From: an uncultured bacterium
GTDB lineage: Bacteria > Zhuqueibacterota > QNDG01 > DTFT01
Direction of reading: 5' to 3'
DNA: 64,000 nucleotides
NCBI GenBank assembly: GCA_963736115.1
Contig: CAVTNR010000028.1
Span: forward strand, 1-64,000
The notes beneath the pieces were generated by a model. The model saw only the letters and a program-made list of their open reading frames with translations, did no database searches and was not told the origin of the DNA. Shown one piece after another: positions 29,528 to 41,300 of this stretch; the first letter of the stretch is position 1; every line of letters begins with the position of its first letter. A program made the translations under genes and the position numbers.

Positions 29528-30390
29528 CCTGCACCTCCGACGGTGATGCGGAAAGAGATGTCCATGGCGGGAGCGGAGTGCGTCAGGCCGCCGACGGAAA
29601 TGAAATTCACCCCGGTCTCGGCTGTTTCGCGGACGTTTTCCAGGCGGATGCCGCCGGAGGCTTCAGTCTCCATCCGTCCGTTGATGAGCGCCACCGCCTC
29701 CTGCAGGGCGGCCGGACTCATGTTGTCGAGGAGAATCCGGTCCACCGGAAACCGGACGGCTTCCAGAACTTCCTCCAGGTTTCTCACCTCCACTTCGACT
29801 TTCAGGCCGAGCCCCTTCTGCCGGAGCACGTGCAGACACCGCTCGATCGCGGTCGAGACGCCACCGGCCGCGTCCGCATGGTTGTTCTTGATCAGCGCCA
29901 TGTCGAAAAGGCCGAAACGGTGGTTGCGTCCGCCTCCGATCCGGACCGCGTATTTTTCGAGACTGCGCAATGTGGGCGTCGTCTTGCGGGTGTCCAGTAT
30001 CGCGCATCCGGTGCCTTCGACGGCGCGGACGAATGCGTCGGTCCGGGTGGCGATTCCGGAAAGGCGCTGGAGAAAATTGAGGGCCGTCCGCTCGCCTTTC
30101 AGGAGGGTCCGAACGGAACCGGACACGGATCCGAGCGCATCTCCGGCCGCCGCCTTGAATCCGTCCTGCGCGGTTTCACGGATCTCCACATTGGGGTCCA
30201 GGATCCTGAAGACACGGTTGAAAACGGGGAGTCCCGCAACCACGCCGTCCGAACGGGCCAGTATCCGCCCCACTCCCGTCCGGTCCGCGGATATGATGGA
30301 GTCGGTCGTCACATCGCCCGTTCCTAGGTCCTCTTCAAGCGCCCTTTCGATGATCGGATCCACGATTTCCCAGCGGAGTGCGTCGGTCAC
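29524..30390 (-). CDS. nadC: Nicotinate-nucleotide pyrophosphorylase (quinolinate phosphoribosyltransferase)
   Basis: [48 protein letters not shown]; GTG 30390 with GAGG upstream taken as start. Confidence 0.95.
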
Positions 30391-30397
30391 GTCTGCC

Positions 30398-33300
30398 TCA
30401 GAGCGCGGGTTCATTTGGGCCGGATTCGATCGCGTCGGCCCGCTGTTTCGCGATGCGTCCCAGATCGCTCGAGACGCCTTCGCTCTGGACGATCCGGGTG
30501 AACATCTGCCGCGCCGAATCCGGACGCTGAAGCCGTAGATAGGCAATGCCGGCCTCGTACAGGGCGGTCGCGGCCCAGGGCAGCTGGGTGGGCGGACAGA
30601 GATACTTGACCTTGAGAAACTCGAATATGGCCTCGTCGAAGCGTCCCATCTCCGCGTAACATTTTCCGATCCAGTACTGGATTTCCGCCTCGTCCCGGGG
30701 TTCCGCCTCGGGCTGGAGCGAACGCAGCTGCGTGACGGCCCGCCCGAATTCCTTCAGTTCATAATAATAAATGCCCAGCCGGATTTTTTTGGCGAAGGCG
30801 TCTTCCGCTCCGGGGAACCGGGATAGATACCGTTTCGTCAGAGCGATCGCGGCATCCGTCATCTGGAGGCCTTCATACAGCCGGATGCACTGTCTCACCG
30901 CTTCGCGGTGGATCTCCGGGTTCAGGGAGTCGGCCATGGCTTTCTTGAAAGCCGCGAGCGCGTTGTCCGTCTGTCCGGAACGCAGGTAATGTTCGCCGAG
31001 AACCAGGTAAATTTCAGGGAGAATGGCATCTTCCGCGCTCCGCCGGATCAGCTCGGTCATGAGACCGAGACCCTTGTCCGTCCGGTTCATCAGGAGAAGC
31101 GCACGGCCGTGTTCGAGCTCGGCCTTCCGTGCCAGGGAGGGATTCCGGCTGTCCGCGGCATCCTTGAAACAGTCAATGGCGGGTTCGAAGGATTTGTCCC
31201 GGCTCAGCGCCATTCCCTGCTCCAGCCGGATCCCGGCCCGAAGTTCCCTGAAGGAGGGATCTCCCTTGTAACGCGATTCAAATGCTTTGAGGCCGGATTC
31301 GCCGTCCGCGAGCCGGTCGAGACGGAACAGCGAGACGATTCTTCCCGCGGTCAGCTCCGCTTGACGGCTCTCGTTTCCAGCCATATCCGCGGCTCTGGAA
31401 TAACCGTCCGCCGCATCCGCGAACCGGCCGAACCGGAAATCCAAATCCGCCAGTTCCGCCCATCCTTCAGCCGAGGAATCCGCAGCCGCTACACGGGACA
31501 GAAAAAAACGGGCTGTTTGAATCTGCCCATCCGTTTCGGCCAGAGACGCAAGGCCGGCCCACAGGTTTCTGCGGCCGTCCGGCCCGGGTTCCAAAGCCCC
31601 GTACCGGATCAGCGCGCTTCTCGCCGGACCGGTTCTGGCCGCGGCCCGGTATGCGTCCGAGAGACGGCGCAGAAGCATGGGCCGGAGGGTGTGATGGCCG
31701 GTTCCAAGGCCCACCCGTGAACAGGACACGGACACACTGTCCGAATGCAGAGCCTCCTCAAAGACACGGGCCGCCCGGCTGGGTTCGCCGGATTCCAGAA
31801 GCGCATTGCCCAGGCAAAGGAGAACGGAATCGACTTCCACCAGGAAAAAGGGATGGCCGGCGGCCGCGCGATACAGGGGAACCGCCTCCTTGACTCTTCC
31901 TGCGCTCTCGACCCTTTTACCCAGGAACCAGTTGGAAGCGGAACGAACAGAGGGCGGAAATCCGGACACGGAAATCCGGTTGAAAAGGGAATCGGCTGAA
32001 TCGAGCCGGCCCCGCTTCATCTCGATCAATGCCCGCAACAGGGCGATTGCGCCCGGCCTTTCGTCCCCTCCGTCCGGACCGCCGCCATCCGGGAGCAGGG
32101 AGAGAAGCCGTTCCGCGGCCGCGATCGAATCGATGGCCAGTGCGGATCGTGCACGGGAGACCAGCCGGATCACTTCGTTCGGATCCGTGACGCACGAAGG
32201 CGGCAGGTCCGAGACCCAGCGGCCGGCGTCTCCGGAACCGCGGACTGCTGCAATGCGATGCCGCATCAGCCGGGTCTTCACCCAGAGCGGATCCGCCGGC
32301 GGCCGGGAGCTCAATTGATCGAGACAGGCCAGTGCCGAATCCGTCAGCAGGGGATTTGGCTCCAGAATCGATCGCCGGAAAAAGCCATCCGCCATCATGA
32401 ACCAGGCGGAATCAGCCCGGTCCGAATTCGCCGCGGATCTCAGCCAGGACAGAAAACGGGACCGCGATGCGGAATAGTCCTTGAGGGATTCGAAATAAAA
32501 AAGACCGAGGTCGTACTCAAAGAAGGGCGAAGGCGTTCCGAGAGAAGCGTTGAGTATGGGCGCGAGCCGGCCCGCGAGGCCGGTGCCCTGAAGCGGGATC
32601 GTCCATTCAATCCGTTCGAGAAGAACGCCTGCGGAATCGGCCCATGGAGAAAATGGCTGATCCGCGGTCAGTCTTCTCAGCAGGAGGCGCGCTTCCCCGG
32701 CGCGGCCGAGTCTTGCGAGACCGCGGGCATAGCGGAATTGCGATTCCGGAATGCAGGGGCTGGCGGGAAACGCGTTCCAGAGCTTTTCAAGGGATCCGAA
32801 CGCCTCCTCCGGCCTGCCGGTCCTTTCCATGTCAATCACCGCCTTGCGGATCAGGACGCGATCGACACAGGGATTGTCCGGAAATTCGAAGAGAAAGCGG
32901 CTGTAGGATGCGGAGGCTTCCGCATCGGCTCCCCGGCCGGCCTGAGTATCCGCCAGCCCGAGCCGGGAAAGAGCCCGGACCGGCGCCGGCGCCTGTTCCG
33001 CGAGAGGGAGAAAAGCGGCCTCCGCCTCGTCCGGCCGGTTCATCCGGAGGAGAACCATCGCGGCTTCGAACCCCGCGGACGGTCCGCGGATTCCGGCAGG
33101 ATCGACATTCTGAAAAGACTTCAATGCGTCGGCCGGTCTTCCCGAAGCGGACTGCGACAACCCCAGCCACCAGCGGATATCATCCCCGTCCACGGGTTCC
33201 GCGCCTGCGGCAAGAACGCCTTCGAAAGATTGACAGGCGTCCGCATGATCCCCCATCAGGGCCTCGATACGGCCGAGCCTGAATCCTGCGATCCGCCTGA

Positions 33301-34057
33301 GACTGTCAACGACTCCTGGAGACGACAGTACTGCACGAAACTGGGCCTTCGCAGGGCTCCAATCACCGATTTCCGAATGAATCGACCCCAGCCGGACCGA
33401 TGCTTCAAACCGGTCCGGATCGCGGGCCGGCCGGGCTGCAATCGGCTGAAGAAGACGCATGGCCTCGTCCGGACGGTTGCGTCTCATCAGGATGTCCGAC
33501 AGCAGGAAAGCCGCCTTGGAGCGTGATTCCGGATACTCCGGAGACTCCAGAACAGCGGTCAACAGGGCTTCCGCTCTTTCGAGGCTGTCCGATCGCACGG
33601 CGAGAAAAGCGGATCTGAGAAGACTCTCGCCCGCCCATCTGGATTTCGGATGCAGGAGTTGAACCTGCCGGTAGCTCTGGGAGGCCGCGCCGGTTCTGCC
33701 GGAAAGCTCGAAGCATTCGGCCATCCGAAACTGGGCCAGGTCCGGATTCTTCGCATCCGGATATCGGAGAATGTAGCGCAGGAAGGCTTCCCGGGCGGCG
33801 TCAAAACGCTTCAGACGAAATAGGGACTCCGCCGCCATCCACTGCGCGTCCGGAGATTTCGGGCTGGTCGGGTAACGGTCCGGAAACGCTTCGAATTGGA
33901 TGGCGGAGAGCTCGAAAAGGCCTTCGCGGAACAGTCGTTCGCCGTAGGCGAAATCCTGCTGTTCCTGCGACGGCTGTCCGGAAGCGGCTACGGCCGCACC
34001 GATGATTAAGAGGAAGAACCACGAGGTTCCGGGGAAATGAGGCTGTCGTCTAGTCAT
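30398..34057 (-). CDS. Large exported tetratricopeptide-repeat protein
   Basis: Signal peptide then TPR helical repeats of BamD/CpoB type (YPTSPKSPDAQW, AEIQYWIGKCY) over 1219 aa. Confidence 0.85.
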   Translation of the reverse strand: MTRRQPHFPGTSWFFLLIIGAAVAASGQPSQEQQDFAYGERLFREGLFELSAIQFEAFPDRYPTSPKSPDAQWMAAESLFRLKRFDAAREAFLRYILRYPDAKNPDLAQFRMAECFELSGRTGAASQSYRQVQLLHPKSRWAGESLLRSAFLAVRSDSLERAEALLTAVLESPEYPESRSKAAFLLSDILMRRNRPDEAMRLLQPIAARPARDPDRFEASVRLGSIHSEIGDWSPAKAQFRAVLSSPGVVDSLRRIAGFRLGRIEALMGDHADACQSFEGVLAAGAEPVDGDDIRWWLGLSQSASGRPADALKSFQNVDPAGIRGPSAGFEAAMVLLRMNRPDEAEAAFLPLAEQAPAPVRALSRLGLADTQAGRGADAEASASYSRFLFEFPDNPCVDRVLIRKAVIDMERTGRPEEAFGSLEKLWNAFPASPCIPESQFRYARGLARLGRAGEARLLLRRLTADQPFSPWADSAGVLLERIEWTIPLQGTGLAGRLAPILNASLGTPSPFFEYDLGLFYFESLKDYSASRSRFLSWLRSAANSDRADSAWFMMADGFFRRSILEPNPLLTDSALACLDQLSSRPPADPLWVKTRLMRHRIAAVRGSGDAGRWVSDLPPSCVTDPNEVIRLVSRARSALAIDSIAAAERLLSLLPDGGGPDGGDERPGAIALLRALIEMKRGRLDSADSLFNRISVSGFPPSVRSASNWFLGKRVESAGRVKEAVPLYRAAAGHPFFLVEVDSVLLCLGNALLESGEPSRAARVFEEALHSDSVSVSCSRVGLGTGHHTLRPMLLRRLSDAYRAAARTGPARSALIRYGALEPGPDGRRNLWAGLASLAETDGQIQTARFFLSRVAAADSSAEGWAELADLDFRFGRFADAADGYSRAADMAGNESRQAELTAGRIVSLFRLDRLADGESGLKAFESRYKGDPSFRELRAGIRLEQGMALSRDKSFEPAIDCFKDAADSRNPSLARKAELEHGRALLLMNRTDKGLGLMTELIRRSAEDAILPEIYLVLGEHYLRSGQTDNALAAFKKAMADSLNPEIHREAVRQCIRLYEGLQMTDAAIALTKRYLSRFPGAEDAFAKKIRLGIYYYELKEFGRAVTQLRSLQPEAEPRDEAEIQYWIGKCYAEMGRFDEAIFEFLKVKYLCPPTQLPWAATALYEAGIAYLRLQRPDSARQMFTRIVQSEGVSSDLGRIAKQRADAIESGPNEPAL

Positions 34058-34118
34058 CGCAGGGAGCCGTTCTGGATGATCGGGAGTACGTTCGCGTCCT
34101 GCGGACAGACCGGTCCGT

Positions 34119-35297
34119 TCAGGGCCGGGCGGGTTCCGGCTGGCTTTTTTTCTCGGATTCCAGAAGCAGACGGAGTCTTTCCAGCTCTTCCTCGACCTTC
34201 TTCCGCTCGGCCTGAATCCGAGCCAGCTCCTGCTCCGCGGATTCCATGTCGCTCTGGCTATCGATCATCTTCTCGAGAATAGCCTGCCTGTCCTTGGCGG
34301 TTTGCTCCAGGCCGGATTTTTCCGACCGGTAGAGAGAACGTGGCAGAATGGCCAGCCGGATGCCGAGAATGCCGCGCCAGGAGGGATAATTGGGGAAATT
34401 CTTCTCTTTCGGCTTCACGTAACGGTAGTCGGTAAGGTCCTCCCCGGTCAGCAGGCTTTTATCAAACCCCATTTCCGCGCTGATCCAGCGCCTGAAACGG
34501 TAAGCGACGCCCAACGTGAGGTAGGACGCGTATTCCCGGCTGTAGGCGGGATCCGGCGGACGGGATAGAAACGTCCGACCGTTCATCTCCGCTGAAAAAC
34601 TGAACTGGTCCGACGGAAGGAGAAAACCCAATCCGGCCAGAAATTCGGAACTCATGCGCTGGGCCGACGGCGCGCCGGGAACCCGGGACAGGGAGCGGCC
34701 GACGTCATTGTGGTTCAGGTATCCCAGATTGGCGTGACAGGACCAGCCGGTTTCCGGGAAAAGCGCGTTGCGGTGATACGAAGCCAGTGCCGTCAGCTGA
34801 ACCGAGACGTTTCCCGCGGAATAGGGTTCGTATATGACATTGTGCACCTTCGCGGTCGGCAGACGCAGGGTCAACAGGCCTCCCCACACCCACGGGCTTT
34901 CCAGACCCCGGAAGGACCCGAATTTGACGGATGCCAGGATATCGTCCGGGAAATTGGCCTGGCCGTCCCAGAAATTGCCCCCCTGGCCGTTGATGTCCTG
35001 ATACAGAATGGGCGTGAGGGACAGTTCCACGTGCGGACCCGCGCCGTAATTGACCGACAGGGAATTCTGAACGTCCCACAGCATATACGCCCGCGTCGAC
35101 CCGCCGAAACTCGCGATTTTTCCGAAGTACCGAACTCCCGAGTAGAGTTCAAGCCTTCCCTTCTCCAAAGTCGACGCCGAATGCACGTATACCAGCCCCC
35201 TGCCGCCGTTCATCGGCGTGGCCAGCAGAACGCCGAAGCCGAGGAGCGCGGGAAGCGCGATTCCGAATGCTGAAAAAGATTTCACGATCGGTTTCAT
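34119..35297 (-). CDS. Hypothetical exported protein, probable outer-membrane beta-barrel with C-terminal coiled coil
   Basis: Signal peptide from MKPIVK (ATG overlaps rmlA stop), alternating aromatic/Gly beta-strand pattern, charged heptad tail ELARIQAERKKVEEELERLR. Confidence 0.65.
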   Translation of the reverse strand: MKPIVKSFSAFGIALPALLGFGVLLATPMNGGRGLVYVHSASTLEKGRLELYSGVRYFGKIASFGGSTRAYMLWDVQNSLSVNYGAGPHVELSLTPILYQDINGQGGNFWDGQANFPDDILASVKFGSFRGLESPWVWGGLLTLRLPTAKVHNVIYEPYSAGNVSVQLTALASYHRNALFPETGWSCHANLGYLNHNDVGRSLSRVPGAPSAQRMSSEFLAGLGFLLPSDQFSFSAEMNGRTFLSRPPDPAYSREYASYLTLGVAYRFRRWISAEMGFDKSLLTGEDLTDYRYVKPKEKNFPNYPSWRGILGIRLAILPRSLYRSEKSGLEQTAKDRQAILEKMIDSQSDMESAEQELARIQAERKKVEEELERLRLLLESEKKSQPEPARP

Positions 35298-36034
35298 CGA
35301 ACCTCTGCTCTTTTTCCGTTTTCCTTCTCCGCAATGAGACAGTTGGCTCGGAAAAGCGATTCGAATGTTCCGGCATCCGTCCACCCACCGTTCAGTATTT
35401 CGAACGTCATCTGGCCTTTGCGGATATAGTGATTGTTCACGTCCGTGATCTCCAGTTCGCCCCGGTTCGACGGCTTCAAGGTTTTGATCACGTCGAATAC
35501 GAAGCGGTCGTACATGTAGATGCCGGTGACGGCGAATCGGGATTTCGGGGACTTCGGTTTTTCCTCGATCCCTGCGATACGGTCGCCCCGGATTTCCGCG
35601 ACACCGAAGCGCTCCGGATCCTCGACCTCCTTGAGCAGAATTTTGGATCCGGTCTCCTGTTCCGAGAAGCGGCGGACGGCGCCCGAAATGTCGGCCTCAA
35701 TGATGTTGTCGCCGAGTATGACCGCGATCGGTTCCCCGTCCGAGAAGGCCTCAGCCAGATCGAGGGCCTCGGCGATGCCGCCCTCCCCCTCCTGGTAGGT
35801 GTAATGCAGGTCCTTCAGCCCGAAATCCCGGCCGTTCCCGAGGAGGCGGAGAAATTCACCCGCATTGTTGCCGCCCGTGACGATGAGAATCTCCCGGATG
35901 CCGGCCGTGACCAGAGTCCCGATCGGATAATAGATCATGGGCTTGTTGTATATGGGAAGCAGGTGCTTATTCGTCACCTTGGTCAGAGGCAGGAGGCGCG
36001 TTCCCAGTCCGCCCGCCAGTACGACGCCTTTCAT
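35294..36034 (-). CDS. rmlA: Sugar-phosphate nucleotidyltransferase (glucose-1-phosphate thymidylyltransferase, short form)
   Basis: LAGGLGTRLLP, NKHLLPIYNKPMI, EEKP, RGELEITD. Confidence 0.88.
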   Translation of the reverse strand: MKGVVLAGGLGTRLLPLTKVTNKHLLPIYNKPMIYYPIGTLVTAGIREILIVTGGNNAGEFLRLLGNGRDFGLKDLHYTYQEGEGGIAEALDLAEAFSDGEPIAVILGDNIIEADISGAVRRFSEQETGSKILLKEVEDPERFGVAEIRGDRIAGIEEKPKSPKSRFAVTGIYMYDRFVFDVIKTLKPSNRGELEITDVNNHYIRKGQMTFEILNGGWTDAGTFESLFRANCLIAEKENGKRAEVR

Positions 36035-36061
36035 CCGCGATCCCGTCCTTTCCCCGTCCGG

Positions 36062-36556
36062 TCACTCCCGATTGCTGTAATAATCAGCCAACATGAACAT
36101 GTAATAGAACTGGACCAGGATGGCCAGCTTGGAGACGAAATCAAAGAAACGGGTGATCCAGTGGAATGTCGTTCCGTTGACGATAATCGTGTCTCCGGGC
36201 CTGAGCGTGGGAATCAGCCGCTGGTCCGCGGTTTCCACGTATTTCTTCACATCGATCTTGTACACGACACTGCCCCGTTTCGGGTCGTTCCGGATGATTT
36301 TAATCTCGTTGAGCCGGGCATTCTCGTTCGGGCCGCCCGCAAAGGAAAGAAGGGCGACGAGGTCGGTGTTGTCCGGAACCATGTACTGACCGGGTTTCTG
36401 GACGAATCCCCAGATGTTCACCGGAATCAACAGTTCGTCGCTGGACCCCAGATAATACTGCGCCGCACGGTCGATGGAAGGATTCTGCGGGATCCCCTGG
36501 GAAAAGAGGCCCGCAACCGGCAGAATCAGCAGGACGCACAACCACGCTTTTTTCAT
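36062..36556 (-). CDS. SLBB-domain protein (polysaccharide export Wza-like beta-grasp)
   Basis: Signal peptide MKKAWL, VNIWGFVQKPGQY..LLSFAGG..LRPGDTIIV SLBB pattern, C-terminal hydrophobic helix. Confidence 0.8.
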   Translation of the reverse strand: MKKAWLCVLLILPVAGLFSQGIPQNPSIDRAAQYYLGSSDELLIPVNIWGFVQKPGQYMVPDNTDLVALLSFAGGPNENARLNEIKIIRNDPKRGSVVYKIDVKKYVETADQRLIPTLRPGDTIIVNGTTFHWITRFFDFVSKLAILVQFYYMFMLADYYSNRE

Positions 36557-36563
36557 GACATCC

Positions 36564-37286
36564 TCATTGGATGGTGACGGATACCCAGGGACTTTCGGAA
36601 CCGCAGCGGGATTCGTTTCCGATAATGTCGACGCGCCATTCATAAGCGCGACCGATGATCAACCGGTTGACGGAGGCCGTGCCGTCCGTGTTATAGGTCG
36701 CGGACTGATATTCTTCTCCGTAACGGGCCTGAACCGCGCCGATCCAGACAATGCCCCCGGTCGTTTTGTCCTGAACCCGCACGATATAGGCGTTCGCGTG
36801 GGGAGAATTGTCATCCCGCCACCGGAATTCCGGTATGTCTCCGCAGGTTTCGCTGGGCTGAAGATCCTGGGCTTTCCGGATCAGCCTGTAACTTAAGGTG
36901 TCCGATGAATTACTGCGGCCGCCTTCGCCGTCAATGGCATTGACCGTGTAATAATACCGCGGATCGATTGAAGGGACCGTATCTTCGGTGTAACGCTGGC
37001 CCGGATCCTGAATGGTCACGATCTTCGAAAATGGACCCTGAGTGGAAACCGACCGGTTCACTTCATAACCTTCGGTTCTCTCATCGCCGTTGTCCGTCCA
37101 TTCGATCCGGATGGCGTTCCCTTCAGGGACTGCGTCCATGCCGCGCTCGACCCGGCAGGTGTCATCCACACCCGGTATCAGCCGGACTGCGGCGGGGCGC
37201 ACACGGCTCGGCCCCGAACTGTTCTTGCAATTAAAATTAATAAAAATAAGCACAAATAGCAAGAAAAAAACGGCTGAAGTTCTCAT
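36564..37286 (-). CDS. Putative lipoprotein with fibronectin type III-like domains
   Basis: MRTSAVFFLLFVLIFINFNC lipoprotein-like signal; IEW..GYEVNRS..YYYTVNAID FN3 pattern. Confidence 0.65.
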   Translation of the reverse strand: MRTSAVFFLLFVLIFINFNCKNSSGPSRVRPAAVRLIPGVDDTCRVERGMDAVPEGNAIRIEWTDNGDERTEGYEVNRSVSTQGPFSKIVTIQDPGQRYTEDTVPSIDPRYYYTVNAIDGEGGRSNSSDTLSYRLIRKAQDLQPSETCGDIPEFRWRDDNSPHANAYIVRVQDKTTGGIVWIGAVQARYGEEYQSATYNTDGTASVNRLIIGRAYEWRVDIIGNESRCGSESPWVSVTIQ

Positions 37287-37300
37287 ATAAAACCTCGTGT

Positions 37301-38333
37301 CTAGAAGGAGATCGAACAACCGACCCTGTGAAGGCTGTTCAGTGAATGGGATACGAATGCATAGTCGGCTTCCAGGAAACCTATTTTCAGGCCTGCGCCC
37401 GCGGTCAGGCGGCCGTCATCCGAACCGATTCTGAGAGCCATATGCGAAAAGCCCTGAAATTCCAATCCGGAGCGGTCGATTCCCCCCCATTTCGAATCAT
37501 GGTCATAGGCCAGGAGCACAGCCGTATTCCGGACCGGAAGCGGGCACCGGTAGGCCATTCCGAACTTCCAGTTCCTGGGCGTTTCGTCCTGATGACGGGT
37601 GTTCCATCGCATGGTGGTCCGCGTCGCGTCCTGAAGGTGAAGACCGATCGAAAACCACCCCGAGTTTATCCGACTGGAACAGATCGTTCAGATGGAAACG
37701 CATCATGGTCCCGATGTCCACGCCCAGACCGGTCGCCGAATAGGATCCCACGGACTGACGGATCCATTTGATATTGATGCCGAAGGGAATGTCGACCCGC
37801 ACCCGGTGATACAGCCAGCCGAGGTCGAGGCGGTTGGCGTTGAGCTTGGAAAACGAGAAGAAAAAGGCGTCTTCCGTGTCCTGAAGAAAACCTTCCGGCC
37901 GGCCGTCCGGCTGAAGCGACCGGTCCCGCAGCCGCTCCAGATAGGATTCTCCTTCCAGCCCCTGATAAACGGGGATGTCGTCCACGGAGAGGCGGATCCA
38001 GTTGACGCCGATCCGCACGTCTCCTTTCATGGGAAGCGCGAGTCCCAGAAAGTGATAATCGCCCAGCGGATTGGCGATCGTTCCGAATTGCGGACCGTAC
38101 ATGGCGGACAGGCGGGGACGCTCGACGAGCGACATGCCCGCGGGATTCCAGTAGAAGGCCGTTCCGTCGTCCGCGACGCCGCAGAAAGCTCCGCCCATGC
38201 CGAGGGCCCGCGGTCCGACTCCGATTTCCAGGAAGGCGTTCGTCGTCTCCTGTCCGTAAACCGGCCGGGTCGGGACAGCCGCGGACGCGAGAAGGAGGAT
38301 GAGGATCGGACCGAGTCTGTCTTGCCATGTCAT
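37301..38333 (-). CDS. PorV/PorQ-family outer-membrane beta-barrel, one apparent frameshift near 37652
   Basis: N-terminal AFLEIGVGPRALGMGGAF..ADDGTAFYWNPAG hallmark; ORF 37301..37612 supplies the last strands (TAGAGL..DYAF..HRVGCSISF). Frames join by removing one base at the A run 37651-37654. Confidence 0.8.
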
Positions 38334-41300
38334 CTCGTCCGGGCGATTTTGCCGGTGATTTCCTTCCGAAGGGAACCCTGGAGCGCGGTCATGCGGAAGA
38401 AATACACGCCGTTGGCCACGGGTTCGCCCCAGTCATCCGACCCGTCCCAGGCGATCTCATGATAATCCGGAGCGGCCATGGAGGCATCGTCGAAAACACG
38501 GATGAGCTTTCCGGAAACGGTATAAATCTTGAGTGTCAGCCGGTCCACGCGGTTCGCCAGACGGTAGGCGAACACGGTTTCGCGCCGGAACGGGTTGGGA
38601 TGGTTGCCGAGAAACGCCAGATCGAAACGGTCCGCCACAATGAACCGGACAGCCGCCGACCGGGCTGTATTGCCGTGAAGATCCGATGCGGCGATGCGCA
38701 ATGTATGCTCGCCCGCCGAAAGTTCGGGTTCGAAACGAATGCGCCTGCTGAGGTTGCCGGCGCCGCTGTCCGAAGGCAGCCAGGCATAGTCGCTTCGCCG
38801 GGCCTCGTCCAGAAAAATTTCAACAGCCCCGGACCGGCAGTCCACTCCGGACGGATCTTCGATGAGAATGGAAAACCGCGGACGGACGGGGACGAATCCG
38901 CCGTCCGAGAAGAACTGGTCTTCCATTTCAATCTCAATGCGGGGCGGTTCCGTGTCGGTCGCAGGCATGAAGCAGAACAGTCCGGGCCGGGAGGAATCGA
39001 CGGTGATCACCGAGTCCGACGGGGAATAAGGCACCGCAATCCATTCTCCGATATTGCGGTCGAGACGGTAAGGCCTGAATCCGGCCTGCGCAAGCGAATC
39101 GACCAGAACGAAGGTGAGACGCAGAGGAGCGGGAAGCACCGCGTCCTCCCCGATTCCGGCGAATGCAATCCAATGCACCAGGAGAGCGGGTTCTTCGTCC
39201 CTGGACTGACCCCTCGCCCAGTTCAGATCGCTCCGTACGGTCAGAACATCCGGCTCCGGGACGGTTCCCGGCTGAACCAGACAGCGGATACTCCGGACTG
39301 CGCCCATGGATTCAAAGCCCACCGGGATGGGACCTTCGGTTCCGTTCATGGATCCCGCTTCCGGCGTCACGCGGAATACCTTCACCGTCATCCGTTTGGA
39401 GGCCCGGTTGTTGTCCGTCCGGGATTCCGCGAGCGTCCGGTCCGGATCCAGCGAAACGCTGAAGGTGTAAGTGCCGATTCGGGATTCCCATGGGGCCGAG
39501 GCCGTGACCGTCGATCCGGCCGGAACATCCACGGTGTCCGCTCCGGACCATCCGATTTCCGGGCATTCGAACCGGAGGGCCAGACCCGCGAGTGCCGTCT
39601 GTCCGCCGTTGGAAACGGACGCCTGCACGGACACGAAAGATTCCCCGGACAGATCGATACCGGACACGAACGCATCCGCCTGTGTCGGGATGAGCCGAGA
39701 CTGCCAGGCGCTTAGCGTCACGCCGTTTTCCGTTTCAACGCGTATCCGGAACAGAAACGCGGATCCCGGATTGAACGGCCCGATGCGGCGGACTCCGGTG
39801 AACGCCTGTATGTTTTCATCCCATGCCAGCGCCACTGAATCCGCTGAAGGCTGACTGATTTCGCAGACGGCCTTCAGAACCGGATAACGGTCTGTCAACC
39901 GGCATTGCACGGCAATACTGTCCGTCCAGACCGGTTCGGCCGGTACGGTCCAGATGGAGTCGAAATGACTGGATTCGATTGCAAAAGGCCTGAAGGACCG
40001 GCTCTGAAAACCGGAGATTTCATCCCAGGAATGAATGCGTAGTCCGGAAGGTCCGGATCGGAGTTCAGCCGGAAGCGGGACTGAACCGGGTACCGGCCCT
40101 GCGGAAAAGACGGTCTCGACACCGGAGCGGGTTCGGATCGTGGAATCGATTACCTCGATGCGCGCCTGCAGCGGTACCGTTTGTTCTTTCCCAGATGAAA
40201 CGGACGGAATCACCCCTGCCGATGGAGCGCTCGGTCAGGGTGAAATCATTTGAATCCGGGGGGAACGCAAACCGGACGCACGGGTCCCCGATGAGGTTAT
40301 ACTGGTGGACCTCGGATTCAGCCAGATCGGTCCGGTTCTGCATCCGGTACAGCGTTTTTCCCTTTTGAATGATTTCCCCGATGGTCAGGCCGGGCTGGGA
40401 GCGGAAAGCCGTCAGCATATTCTGCATCAAAACGAAATCCGCGTTGGTCCATCCTACAGAGGTCGTTCCGAAGAAAGCGACTGCTCCGGCATCCGGTTTA
40501 CGGATTATGGCTTCGCCGAGACAATCCCTCGAACTTGCGAAATCCCCGGTGAAACAGGTGAGGCTGGTCACAACCGGATACTGGCCTTTATTCTCCAGAG
40601 AATCCACATCGTCCAGGGACATGACGCTCGGATTGCCGTCGGCCCATATGCCTCCTCCACCATGACCTCGAAAGTTGATCCAGGCGATCCCATTATTCAT
40701 GTAATCGAGGAGTTCATCCCGGCCTCCGACTTCCGGATTCGAAATAGTTCCGTGACGATACATACGGTATTGGACTGATGCTTCTCGATATCGATTCATG
40801 GATCAGGGACTGTATCTGTGTGGCGAAAACATACCGTTCAGAACCCGCCATCAATCATGAGGTACTGGTTTCTCCAGGTGGAGGGGGCGCCTGCTCATAT
40901 TCAATGATCTTGGATACATGGCTTTCAACTCCGTCTTGGATCGGACCGGAAGTCGGCCTATCGCAAGATCGGGTTCATCGTCTCCGTCCAGTAAGCGCGT
41001 ACCAGTGATCCGTTGCGGCGCCGCCCAGTTTCATCGTATGAAAGAGAGGCGATGGAATGATATGCGGTCGGCTCTCGGACAGACGGTAATTGAACGCCCC
41101 GTCTCCGACCAGCAGAACAAATCGAGGCGCCGGATTCCACTGGGTTGCAGCGAAACGGAAAAAATCCCGTATGGCTGACGGAGCGGGTATACCGTAATTG
41201 AATTCCGCATAAATGGAATCCAGGCTTGCGGTGACAATGCGGTATCCCTGGCTTTCCCGCAGATCGATCCACGCTTTCAGCGCTTCCCTGCCGAGCGTGT

